A DNA stretch of 52,957 nt from Rickettsiales bacterium (GTDB lineage: Bacteria; Pseudomonadota; Alphaproteobacteria; Rickettsiales; JABIRX01). Below are positions 10,992 through 19,980 of this stretch, one piece after another; within the stretch, counting starts at the first letter, position 1; every line of letters begins with the position of its first letter. The position numbers and the translations under genes were made by a program. The notes below the pieces were generated by a model. The model was not told where the DNA came from. It saw only the letters and a list, made by a program, of their open reading frames with translations, and ran no database searches. Location of the stretch: the NCBI GenBank assembly GCA_016780625.1, contig JADHLN010000003.1:1-52957 (forward strand). Direction: 5' to 3'.

Positions 10992-11864
10992 TTGCGTAAA
11001 TTTGGTAAAGATCTATATAAATTAGACAATAATAATGATAATAATTTTTCATTAGAAAAATTATCTGACAACCTTAAATTATCAATAGAAAGGTCCCGTC
11101 ACATATATAACCTTTATGAAAAAACAGTTATTCTAAAGGATAAATCAGATATATTAAGCAAGGAATTAGATAAAGAAAAATCAATAACCCAAACACAATC
11201 TGAATTTATATCACTAGTATCTCACGAGTTTAAGACACCACTTGCTATAATAAAAACCTCAATGGATGTTCTAAAAAGAATAGAAAAAAAAGAAGATAAT
11301 ATTCTGAGTGAACAAATAAAAAAGATTGAAAAGGCAATAATTAGAATCAACAAAATGATGGATTCCACCTTAAATCTTTCAAAATTAGAATCGGGTAAGT
11401 TAGATTTCAATCCTGAGTATTTTAATATATCAGATCTATTAGAAGAAATCATTAAAAGACACAAAGATATTAACCCAGAAGTAAATATAAAATTCTCAAA
11501 AGAAGATACAGCAAAAAATCTTTATGCTGATATTAATCTAATTGATCTTATTTATAATAATTTAATATCAAACTCTATTAAATATTCTAAATCACCTGCA
11601 TCTATAGATATAAAACATAAAATAAGTACAAATTACCACGAGATTATCATAAGTGATAAAGGTATTGGTATTAATGAAGAAGATTTAAAAAAAATATGTA
11701 CAAAATTTTTCAGAGCAAATAATGCTATTGGTATATCAGGTACTGGTATTGGCTTATATCTAGTTAAAAAACTAGTAGAATTACATAATGGCGAATTTAA
11801 AATAGAATCTAAAGAAAATCATGGCACAACATTTTATACTAAATATCCATTAATCAAATTATGA
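10992..11864 (+). CDS. Cytoplasmic histidine kinase (HisKA + HATPase, no TM or sensor domain)
   Basis: H-box VSHEFKTPL, N-box NLISNSIKYS, G1 DKGIGI, F-box FFRA and G2 GTGIGLY; TTG start. Confidence 0.93.
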   Translation: MRKFGKDLYKLDNNNDNNFSLEKLSDNLKLSIERSRHIYNLYEKTVILKDKSDILSKELDKEKSITQTQSEFISLVSHEFKTPLAIIKTSMDVLKRIEKKEDNILSEQIKKIEKAIIRINKMMDSTLNLSKLESGKLDFNPEYFNISDLLEEIIKRHKDINPEVNIKFSKEDTAKNLYADINLIDLIYNNLISNSIKYSKSPASIDIKHKISTNYHEIIISDKGIGINEEDLKKICTKFFRANNAIGISGTGIGLYLVKKLVELHNGEFKIESKENHGTTFYTKYPLIKL

Positions 11865-11871
11865 GGTTATA

Positions 11872-12882
11872 ATGATTAAAAATAACAAAATATTATGCGT
11901 TGAAGATGAAAAAGATTTAAGAGAAAATATATCAACAATTTTAGAAAGCGAAGGTTACGAGGTAATCCAAGCAGAAAATGGTCTAAAAGCCTATAATGAA
12001 TTTATTAAAAATAAGCCAGATATTGTATTATGTGACATAAATATGCCAGTTATGGATGGTCGAGAATTGCTTGATAAGCTAAGTAATGAATATCAGGAAG
12101 AATTATCTAAAACACCATTTCTATTTGTAACTGCATTTGGACAAAAAGATGAAAAACTATTAGGAATAGAATTAGGAGCAGATGAATATATATTAAAACC
12201 TATCGATTTTGACATTTTGCTAACTACTATCAAAAACAAAATTAACAAATCACAAACACAGCAAAATATAGCTAAAACAAATATGCTTAATCTTTGTGAG
12301 AACGTTTCTAACCTCATCCCTAATTCAATAAAAGAACCACTACAAAACATAATTGAATTATCAGCTACAATAAAAAATGAATCAAAAGAAATTCATGATG
12401 ATACAATTGGTAAATATGCAGGTAAAATTTATTTATCAGCTTTAAAGTTAAACTCCCAAATAACCAAAGCTTTGGATAAAAACAAAATTATTGAAGAAGC
12501 AAAAAATTTAAATCATGAAACAAAAATAACTGATTTAGTAGCAGAAATTAAGAATGCTATCAATGATAAAGAGATAAAATATGAATTTACAGATAATCTA
12601 CCCAATATAAAAATTGATATTAGTAAGTTCCTACCAACATTAATTTTATATTTAAAACAACATAAATTAGCCGAAAGTAAATCTATAACATTATCATTTA
12701 TTGAAGATTTTAATAGCAATCTATTAATTATGATTAGTGGTAATACATTACTGCCAGTTTTTTCATCAGAATTAGAAAATAATATTGAAAGTTTTGGAGG
12801 ATCATTTTCAATTCAAAACAAAGAAGATATTACATATCACATAATAACAATACCAAATTATCTAACCAGAAAATCTAACTAA
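11872..12882 (+). CDS. Response regulator: receiver domain fused to a degenerate HisKA/HATPase-like region
   Basis: Intact receiver (VEDE, LCDINMP, VTA, YILKP). The C-terminal LIPNSIKEPLQNIIELS resembles an H-box lacking its His. Confidence 0.85.
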   Translation: MIKNNKILCVEDEKDLRENISTILESEGYEVIQAENGLKAYNEFIKNKPDIVLCDINMPVMDGRELLDKLSNEYQEELSKTPFLFVTAFGQKDEKLLGIELGADEYILKPIDFDILLTTIKNKINKSQTQQNIAKTNMLNLCENVSNLIPNSIKEPLQNIIELSATIKNESKEIHDDTIGKYAGKIYLSALKLNSQITKALDKNKIIEEAKNLNHETKITDLVAEIKNAINDKEIKYEFTDNLPNIKIDISKFLPTLILYLKQHKLAESKSITLSFIEDFNSNLLIMISGNTLLPVFSSELENNIESFGGSFSIQNKEDITYHIITIPNYLTRKSN

Positions 12883-13576
12883 ATAAAAACTCAATATAAT
12901 TACCAGCAGAAACTAATATTCGATGCGTGTTTTTAGGTAAATTATTGATTCTATTGACTATTTTTGATTTTTCACCTGGCAATATTTTAATGTTAGGTAA
13001 ATTATAAATATATTTATCTAATATGTTGCCTTTATCATCATATAAAATAATCCTAATATCAGGTGACATTTTTACTTCATCTGATTTATTAGCTATATAA
13101 CCTGTAAGTATTAAAGGAGAGCCTTCTTTCTTTAAGAAAGTTTTATCTATACTAACCGATTCTAAAACCAAACCATCTAAATTATTAATACCAAGATTAT
13201 CAATAAATAATCTTGATAGATTATTTTTTACAAAAAACTGATTATATTTTATTAATATTTGAAAAAAACACAAAAAAAGTAAGGCAAAAAAACTTAATTT
13301 AAAAAATAATGAAATTGAGGTAAATTTAAAATAATCATTAACCATTCCATTTGCTACAACATTATCTAGCATAACAGATGGCTCTTTAGTTGTTTTGATT
13401 GAAGAAATTAAATTTTGATCTATAGGAGTATGAGATTGAGTAACACCTAAAGAGTTAACAAGCCACATATGATGACAATTACCACATTTTAAAATTCTTC
13501 CCATATCATTAATTTTGGTAACTTCAATGTCACTTAACTCAAATTTAGTATTGCATTTTTCACAATTTACAATCAT
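12875..13576 (-). CDS. zitP: MJ0042-type zinc-ribbon + TM + DUF3426 protein (ZitP-like)
   Basis: N-terminal CxxC...GRxxKCxxCxxxW zinc finger, one TM segment and a C-terminal Ig-like domain (GYIAN...PDIRIILYD...LPGE). Confidence 0.75.
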   Translation of the reverse strand: MIVNCEKCNTKFELSDIEVTKINDMGRILKCGNCHHMWLVNSLGVTQSHTPIDQNLISSIKTTKEPSVMLDNVVANGMVNDYFKFTSISLFFKLSFFALLFLCFFQILIKYNQFFVKNNLSRLFIDNLGINNLDGLVLESVSIDKTFLKKEGSPLILTGYIANKSDEVKMSPDIRIILYDDKGNILDKYIYNLPNIKILPGEKSKIVNRINNLPKNTHRILVSAGNYIEFLFS

Positions 13577-13619
13577 TTTACCTAAGTTTTAAATTTTACA
13601 CATTATATCATACCATATT

Positions 13620-14450
13620 ATGAACAACATAGAAAGCATTATTAACAATTTATGGCAAAAAAAAATTGATAATAATTTTGATAAAAATGAGGCACAAAAA
13701 ACCATTACAAAAGTTCTGGATAAAATAGATAACGGTGAAATAAGAGTTGCTGAAAAAAAACAAGAAAATTGGCATGTAAATCAATGGGTAAAAAAAGCAA
13801 TATTACTATCCTTTGCAACTAATGACATGCAATTAATATCTGGAGGTCCTTCTCTAAATGCACAAAGCTATTGGTATGATAAGGTAAAATCAAAATTTGA
13901 AGGCTGGACCGAAGAAGATTTTACTAAAAATCAATTCAGAGCTGTACCAAACACAACAGTAAGATATGGATCATATATTGGTAAGAATGTTGTATTAATG
14001 CCCTCTTTTGTTAATTTGGGAGCATATGTAGATGACGGTACAATGGTTGATACATGGGCAACTATTGGTTCATGTGCACAAATAGGTAAAAATTGCCATA
14101 TATCTGGCGGAGCTGGAATTGGAGGAGTATTAGAACCATTACAAGCAAATCCTGTTATTATTGAAGATAATTGCTTTATAGGAGCCAGATCAGAAGTAGC
14201 AGAAGGTGTAATAGTAAGAGAAGGAAGCGTGATATCAATGGGAGTTTATTTAGGGCAATCTACTAAAATTATAGATAGAGAAAGTGGAAATATATCATAT
14301 GGTGAAATACCAGCCTATTCTGTTGTTGTTCCTGGTAATGTACCTCCAAAAAAAGCTGGGGATCCATCCCTTTATTGCGCTGTAATTGTTAAAAAAGTAG
14401 ATGCAAAAACACGCTCAAAAACGTCAATTAATGATTTATTAAGAGATTAA
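13620..14450 (+). CDS. dapD: Tetrahydrodipicolinate N-succinyltransferase
   Basis: [46 protein letters not shown] and [10 protein letters not shown]. Confidence 0.98.
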   Translation: MNNIESIINNLWQKKIDNNFDKNEAQKTITKVLDKIDNGEIRVAEKKQENWHVNQWVKKAILLSFATNDMQLISGGPSLNAQSYWYDKVKSKFEGWTEEDFTKNQFRAVPNTTVRYGSYIGKNVVLMPSFVNLGAYVDDGTMVDTWATIGSCAQIGKNCHISGGAGIGGVLEPLQANPVIIEDNCFIGARSEVAEGVIVREGSVISMGVYLGQSTKIIDRESGNISYGEIPAYSVVVPGNVPPKKAGDPSLYCAVIVKKVDAKTRSKTSINDLLRD

Positions 14451-15593
14451 ATGAAAGAATATAGCCTAGAATTAGCACAAAAATTATTACAAAAAAAATC
14501 TATAACACCTGAAAATGATGGTGCTATAGAATTCCTTCAAACAGAATTAGAAAAATTAGGATTTAAAACAGAAATTATGATATTTTCTGAAGCTAACCAT
14601 GCAACAATAAAAAATCTCTATGCTAAATATGGTAATTCCGATAAAAATCTAGCCTTTGCAGGCCATACTGATGTAGTTCCTACAGGTGATATTGAAAAAT
14701 GGAGTGTAGATCCTTTTAAAGCAGAAATAAAAAATAATAAATTATATGCAAGAGGAGCAGTAGATATGAAGCCTGCCATAACATCATTTATTGCGGCAAC
14801 AAAAACATTTCTTGAAGAAAAAAAAATTTTTAAAGATTCTATAAGCTTTATAATAACTGGTGATGAGGAAGCAATAGCCGTTAATGGCACGGTTAAAATG
14901 GTTGCAGAATTTAAAAAAAGAAAGGAAAAAATATCTCACTGTATCGTTGGCGAACCTACAAATCCAAACTATGTAGGAGAAATGGTAAAAGTTGGCAGAA
15001 GAGGAAGCATCAATTTTAATATTACAGTAATTGGAACTCAAGGTCATGTTGCTTATCCTCATAATGCAGATAATCCAAATAATTATTTAATTAAATTTTT
15101 AAATGAAATTAATAATTATGTTTTCGATAATGGTAATGATTTTTTTCAAGCAACTAATCTTGAAGTAACATCAATAGATGTAGATAATCAAACAACAAAT
15201 ATTATACCTGAATTAGCAAAAGCTAAAATTAATGTAAGATTTAATGATATTCATCAAGGAAAAGATATAGTAAAAATTATTGAAGAAATTGCCAATAAAA
15301 CAATACAAAAATATGATCTAGAATATAAAATTAGTGGTGAATCATTTTTTAATAAAGATAAAAATTTCACAAAAATTATAGAAGAATCAATAGAAAAAGT
15401 AACTGGTAATAAAGCTGAATTAAGCACAACAGGAGGAACATCTGATGCCAGATTTATCAAAGATATCTGCCCTACAATTGAATTTGGTTTAATTAACGAA
15501 ACAGCTCACAAAATTGATGAACATATAGATATTAACGAAATAGAAAAACTAGATAAAATTTATCTAGAAATATTAAGAAATTATTTTAAATAA
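14451..15593 (+). CDS. dapE: Succinyl-diaminopimelate desuccinylase
   Basis: FAGHTDVVP, RGAVDMK, TGDEE, GRRGS, QGHVAYP and TGGTSDARF; directly follows dapD. Confidence 0.97.
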   Translation: MKEYSLELAQKLLQKKSITPENDGAIEFLQTELEKLGFKTEIMIFSEANHATIKNLYAKYGNSDKNLAFAGHTDVVPTGDIEKWSVDPFKAEIKNNKLYARGAVDMKPAITSFIAATKTFLEEKKIFKDSISFIITGDEEAIAVNGTVKMVAEFKKRKEKISHCIVGEPTNPNYVGEMVKVGRRGSINFNITVIGTQGHVAYPHNADNPNNYLIKFLNEINNYVFDNGNDFFQATNLEVTSIDVDNQTTNIIPELAKAKINVRFNDIHQGKDIVKIIEEIANKTIQKYDLEYKISGESFFNKDKNFTKIIEESIEKVTGNKAELSTTGGTSDARFIKDICPTIEFGLINETAHKIDEHIDINEIEKLDKIYLEILRNYFK

Positions 15594-15652
15594 TAAAAAC
15601 ATACTTAAAAATATTTTAATTTTGTAATATAATAATTTTTAAAAAATAATAT

Positions 15653-16156
15653 ATGCAATCAGAATATCAAGATAATTCAGCAGCTGTAAATATATTATGT
15701 ACAGGAGTTATTTCTAATGACACAGCCATGATAAATACAGCTCTAGCACAAGGAGCAGATATAAATGCTAAAAATATTCATGGAAAAACACCCTTATTAT
15801 TAGCTCTAGAATTTCATCATAATAATATAGATCTATCTAAAAAATTATTAGAAGAAGGTGCTGATTTTACTATAAAAAACCCTGAAGGAAAAAATGCATT
15901 GGAGATTGCTCAAAAAAAATCAACTGAGCTATATAATGAAATATTGAAAAAGATAAAAAAACTATCAGAACATAAAGATAATGATATAAGCAAAACAACC
16001 CATTATAGAATAAATATGATTGAACTAGAGCTTAGTCAAATAAAAACCAGTGATAGTTTAGATATAAATCAAATAGAAATCAGTAAGGGTTTAGATAAAA
16101 ATAAAGAAAGCTGGAAAACTAGATGTAAAACTAGAATAGGATGTATAATCAGCTAA
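15653..16156 (+). CDS. Ankyrin-repeat protein with C-terminal CaaX motif
   Basis: GADINAKNIHGKTPLLLA...LLEEGADFTIKNPEGKNALEIA (about 2-3 ANK repeats); ends ...SWKTRCKTRIGCIIS-stop. Confidence 0.85.
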   Translation: MQSEYQDNSAAVNILCTGVISNDTAMINTALAQGADINAKNIHGKTPLLLALEFHHNNIDLSKKLLEEGADFTIKNPEGKNALEIAQKKSTELYNEILKKIKKLSEHKDNDISKTTHYRINMIELELSQIKTSDSLDINQIEISKGLDKNKESWKTRCKTRIGCIIS

Positions 16157-16172
16157 TTTAAATAAGCCTAAA

Positions 16173-17696
16173 TTAAAATTTATTATTTTGTAATTTAGCT
16201 ATATATTGATCTTTCATTAATTTAATATCACCTGATAAGATATACAAACCAATTAAATTAGGTACAGCCATAATTAAAAATAAAATATCGGCAAAATCAA
16301 TAACAACCCCCAGATTTAATAATCCTCCAATAATAATAGCTATCACAAATAATGAATGACAAATTTTATAATTGGTATTTTTAGTCAAGTAACTCCATGC
16401 TTGTTGACCATAATAACTATATGTAAGCATTGTAGAAAAAGCAAAAAGAAAAACTATAAAACTAAGTAACAAGGCAAATAAAGGGCTAACAGTTGCAAAA
16501 GCCTCCCTAGTAATTAAAACTCCGTCTTTTATTGAGCTATCTTGATATACCCCAGTAACTGTAATAACAATACCTGTCATAAAACAAATAATAATAGTAT
16601 CAATAAAAGGTTCTAAAATAGCAACAGAACCTTCTCTAACAGGTTCTTTAGTTTTAGCTGCTGCATGAGCAATAACAGACGAACCAATTCCAGCCTCATT
16701 AGAAAAAGCTGATCTCTTAACACCTTGTATAATTGCACCAATTATTCCCCCGTAAATTGCATTATCAATAAATGCTGATCTAAACATAAGATTAATAGCA
16801 GGAAAGATATCATTGTGATTTACAAATAATATTACCAAACAGCAAATAACATAACTCACAGCCATTAATGGAACAATTTTGGAAGCAATATGGGCTATTC
16901 TAACAATTCCTCCAATAAGAACGAAACCAATAATAATCGCAAGAATAATAACAAATATAAATTTAGACAAATTAGACAAGGCAAAATTATCAACAATAAT
17001 TGCTACAGATTGGTTAGCTTGAAACATGATACCCGCTCCTATTGCACCGGTAATACAGAAGATTGCAGCAAGTTTTGCCAAAAACAAACCAAGGTTTTTA
17101 TATCCTTTTGCAGCTAAACCATCCTCTAAATAGTAAAATGCACCAGCAAGTAAATGACCATCCTTATCAAATTTTCTATATTTCTGACCCAAAGTTACTT
17201 CAGCAAATTTTGTCGACATACCAAAAAAAGCAGCAAGCATCATCCAAATTACAGCTCCTGGGCCACCAATTGAGATAGCTATAGCAACACCTGCTATATT
17301 TCCTAACCCAACAGTAGCAGATACTGCAGCAAATAGAGCTTCCGCATGACTAATTTTACCTGGTTCATCAGAATCATTACTATTATATTTGCCACAAGCA
17401 ACTAATAATCCATGCTTAAAAAGACGGATATTTACAAAATTTAATTTAAAAGTAAAAAAAACACCTCCAGCTACTAACCATAATACTAATATTGGCATTT
17501 GAAAAATTGTTATTCTTCTTACCTCTCCAAATATTTCATATGGAGCACCTAAGAATATAAATGCTAAAAAATTAACAATAGGTTCAATAATTAAAGATAA
17601 ATTAGCTATTAACAAATTTGCATTATCATTTGAAGATGCAAAAGAATCATGAGAAAATAAAATAATTAGAAAAGAAAAAAAAATATATTTATACAT
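16173..17696 (-). CDS. Alanine/glycine:cation symporter (AGCS family)
   Basis: SATVGLGNIAGVA, GGPGAVIWM, RSAFSNEAGIGS and EPFIDTIIIC. Confidence 0.95.
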   Translation of the reverse strand: MYKYIFFSFLIILFSHDSFASSNDNANLLIANLSLIIEPIVNFLAFIFLGAPYEIFGEVRRITIFQMPILVLWLVAGGVFFTFKLNFVNIRLFKHGLLVACGKYNSNDSDEPGKISHAEALFAAVSATVGLGNIAGVAIAISIGGPGAVIWMMLAAFFGMSTKFAEVTLGQKYRKFDKDGHLLAGAFYYLEDGLAAKGYKNLGLFLAKLAAIFCITGAIGAGIMFQANQSVAIIVDNFALSNLSKFIFVIILAIIIGFVLIGGIVRIAHIASKIVPLMAVSYVICCLVILFVNHNDIFPAINLMFRSAFIDNAIYGGIIGAIIQGVKRSAFSNEAGIGSSVIAHAAAKTKEPVREGSVAILEPFIDTIIICFMTGIVITVTGVYQDSSIKDGVLITREAFATVSPLFALLLSFIVFLFAFSTMLTYSYYGQQAWSYLTKNTNYKICHSLFVIAIIIGGLLNLGVVIDFADILFLIMAVPNLIGLYILSGDIKLMKDQYIAKLQNNKF

Positions 17697-17793
17697 AATT
17701 TAATATAATTTAAAAAATAACAATAAATAGTTGAAATATAATTGCAATTAATTGCTAAAAAAACTAAATTATGATTAAATTAAATTAAAAAAC

Positions 17794-18216
17794 ATGTTAG
17801 ATCCTAGTCAAACAGGCGGCAATATTGCAGCAACATTATCATTACAACAGCATAATGAAACAGCAACACAAGGTAAAATGGGTGCAGGAGGATTCCTAGG
17901 TGATGTTGATCAAGCAAATATGGGTCAAAAAATTAGTGATGGAGTATTTAATAGTAATCTATTTGGAGAAGGCCTAATAGATTCGATTAGCATACCACAA
18001 GGAGTATTTAATGAAGACATTGGTAAGACCATTGGTGATTTAAGTAAAAGAGCTACTTCTCCTGTTTTTATTGGAGCAGAGGAAGCTGCTTTAAAAGGTG
18101 CAACTACTACTGCCATTTCAACAGCAGCTCCGGCTTTAGGCTCATCATTGGTGAGCGGAAAATTTGATATTTCATCAGCTAAACAAAAAGGTGGAATGAG
18201 TGTGAATTACCAATAA
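17794..18216 (+). CDS. Hypothetical Gly/Ala/Ser/Thr-rich protein
   Basis: 140-aa ORF filling the gap between the symporter and ygfZ; no recognised domain; internal GVFN repeat. Confidence 0.7.
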   Translation: MLDPSQTGGNIAATLSLQQHNETATQGKMGAGGFLGDVDQANMGQKISDGVFNSNLFGEGLIDSISIPQGVFNEDIGKTIGDLSKRATSPVFIGAEEAALKGATTTAISTAAPALGSSLVSGKFDISSAKQKGGMSVNYQ

Positions 18217-18231
18217 AAAATAATATAATTA

Positions 18232-18957
18232 TTAATTTTCGCAATTTATTAACATAAATCCCGACTTTATGTTTTTATTATAGTAAGCAACAATACCAAT
18301 TTTTTGTTCGTCACTATATATTAAATCATCGCCCTGATTTAAATTTTTAACTGATTCAAAAGAAGTTATTTTTTTTCTAATAACCCCTCTTCTAAAGCTC
18401 CTAGTTGTTACTTCCTGACCTACATAGCACCCTTTACTAAAATCAACAGCATTAAGATTATGATAACCATAATGCAAAATAAATGATTTTTCTTGAATTA
18501 GATCATATGCACCTTCAATTAACATATTTTCTATTCTAATTTTATGATATAAATCTAAATTATCATCAGCAGATAGGCTTAAATTAAAATCAATTATTCT
18601 ATAAAATTCTTTTGATATTCTTGGGTCTCTAAAATGATTATCACAATCAATGGATTTATTAGAAAATAATATATTTCCTTCAATAGCAATAATCTCAACA
18701 TCAGTATGCAACTTATAAAGATTTAGCTTTTTAATAAATTGCTCAAAAAATTTATTATTAATTTCAATTATAATTCTGCTATTAATCTCATAAATAAAAA
18801 AATCAAATAAAAACTTACCTTGCGGAGTTAGTAAACATGAGAATAATGGATTTTTTGCAGATAATTTATAAATATCATTTGTAATAAGAGATTGCAAAAA
18901 TTTCTTACTATCAGAACCAGTAATTTCAATTAATCTTCTATCAGATAATATTAGCAT
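18232..18957 (-). CDS. ygfZ: Folate-binding Fe-S maturation/tRNA-modifying protein YgfZ
   Basis: FLQSLITND, LLTPQGK and the signature KGCYVGQE. Confidence 0.95.
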   Translation of the reverse strand: MLILSDRRLIEITGSDSKKFLQSLITNDIYKLSAKNPLFSCLLTPQGKFLFDFFIYEINSRIIIEINNKFFEQFIKKLNLYKLHTDVEIIAIEGNILFSNKSIDCDNHFRDPRISKEFYRIIDFNLSLSADDNLDLYHKIRIENMLIEGAYDLIQEKSFILHYGYHNLNAVDFSKGCYVGQEVTTRSFRRGVIRKKITSFESVKNLNQGDDLIYSDEQKIGIVAYYNKNIKSGFMLINCEN

Positions 18958-19980
18958 CTAAGCTGCAACACCTTTTGTAGTTGAATATTCAAAATGTAAA
19001 GGAACATCAGGATAAACATAATTATAAATATTATGACATGCAAATGCAGCTTCACTAAATCCTGTTAAAATTAATTTCAACTTACCCTTATAATCGGCTA
19101 TATCTCCTATAGCAAATATACCTTTTAGATTTGTTTCCATTGAATGTGACTCAACAGCTATATGTTTTTTATCTATATTTAAACCCCAATCCGCAATAGG
19201 ACCAAGCTCCATAGATAAACCATAAAAAGGTAATAAATAATCTGCTTCTATAGCTTTCTTATTAACATCTAAATCACTAACAATAACATGAGTTAATTTC
19301 GAATTATCACCTTTTAATGAATCTAATTGATAAGGTACAACAAGGTCTATTTTCCCAAGATCAACTAATTCATGAAGCTGCTTTACAGAATTAGGAGCCG
19401 CTCTAAATTTATCTCGTCTATGAATTAATGATAGATTTTTTACAACAGGAGCAAGTGATAATGCCCAATCAACAGCAGAATCACCTCCACCAGCAATTAC
19501 TACATTTTTATCCTCAAAACGAGAAATTTGATTTACTAAATAACGTACTGAGCCAATAGATTCATATTTTTCAATATCAGCAAGTGGAGGTCTATTAGGA
19601 CCAAATGCTCCACAACCAGCAGCAATTACAATTGCCTTACAGCATATTTCCTTATTATTATCGGTAATTACAATAAAATTACCAACATCACCAGAAATTT
19701 TAATTACCTGGTTACCTAAATGAAATACTGGATTATGCGGTTTTATTTGTTCTTCTAATTTTAAAATTAAATCTTCAGATTTAATTAAAGGATAAGCAGG
19801 AATATCATAAATAGGCTTTTCAGGATATAAAGCTTGGCATTGACCACCAATAAAATCTAAACTATCAACAACATGACATTTCATATTTAATTGACCAGCC
19901 TCAAAAACTGCAAACAATCCAACAGGACCTGCTCCAATTACTACTATATCTGTTTCAAATTTACTCATAATATTATTCAA
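18958..19980 (-). CDS. Ferredoxin--NADP reductase (TrxR-like/YumC type)
   Basis: GAGPVGLF, GGQCQALYPEKPIYDIP, GGGDSAVDWA and GKLKLILTGF; lacks the CxxC of TrxR. Confidence 0.92.
   Translation of the reverse strand: MNNIMSKFETDIVVIGAGPVGLFAVFEAGQLNMKCHVVDSLDFIGGQCQALYPEKPIYDIPAYPLIKSEDLILKLEEQIKPHNPVFHLGNQVIKISGDVGNFIVITDNNKEICCKAIVIAAGCGAFGPNRPPLADIEKYESIGSVRYLVNQISRFEDKNVVIAGGGDSAVDWALSLAPVVKNLSLIHRRDKFRAAPNSVKQLHELVDLGKIDLVVPYQLDSLKGDNSKLTHVIVSDLDVNKKAIEADYLLPFYGLSMELGPIADWGLNIDKKHIAVESHSMETNLKGIFAIGDIADYKGKLKLILTGFSEAAFACHNIYNYVYPDVPLHFEYSTTKGVAA

Noticed and set aside
10900-11050. AAT-rich micro-repeats (poly-Asn) at the OmpA end and kinase start
   Set aside because: These are short low-complexity runs expected at this AT content.
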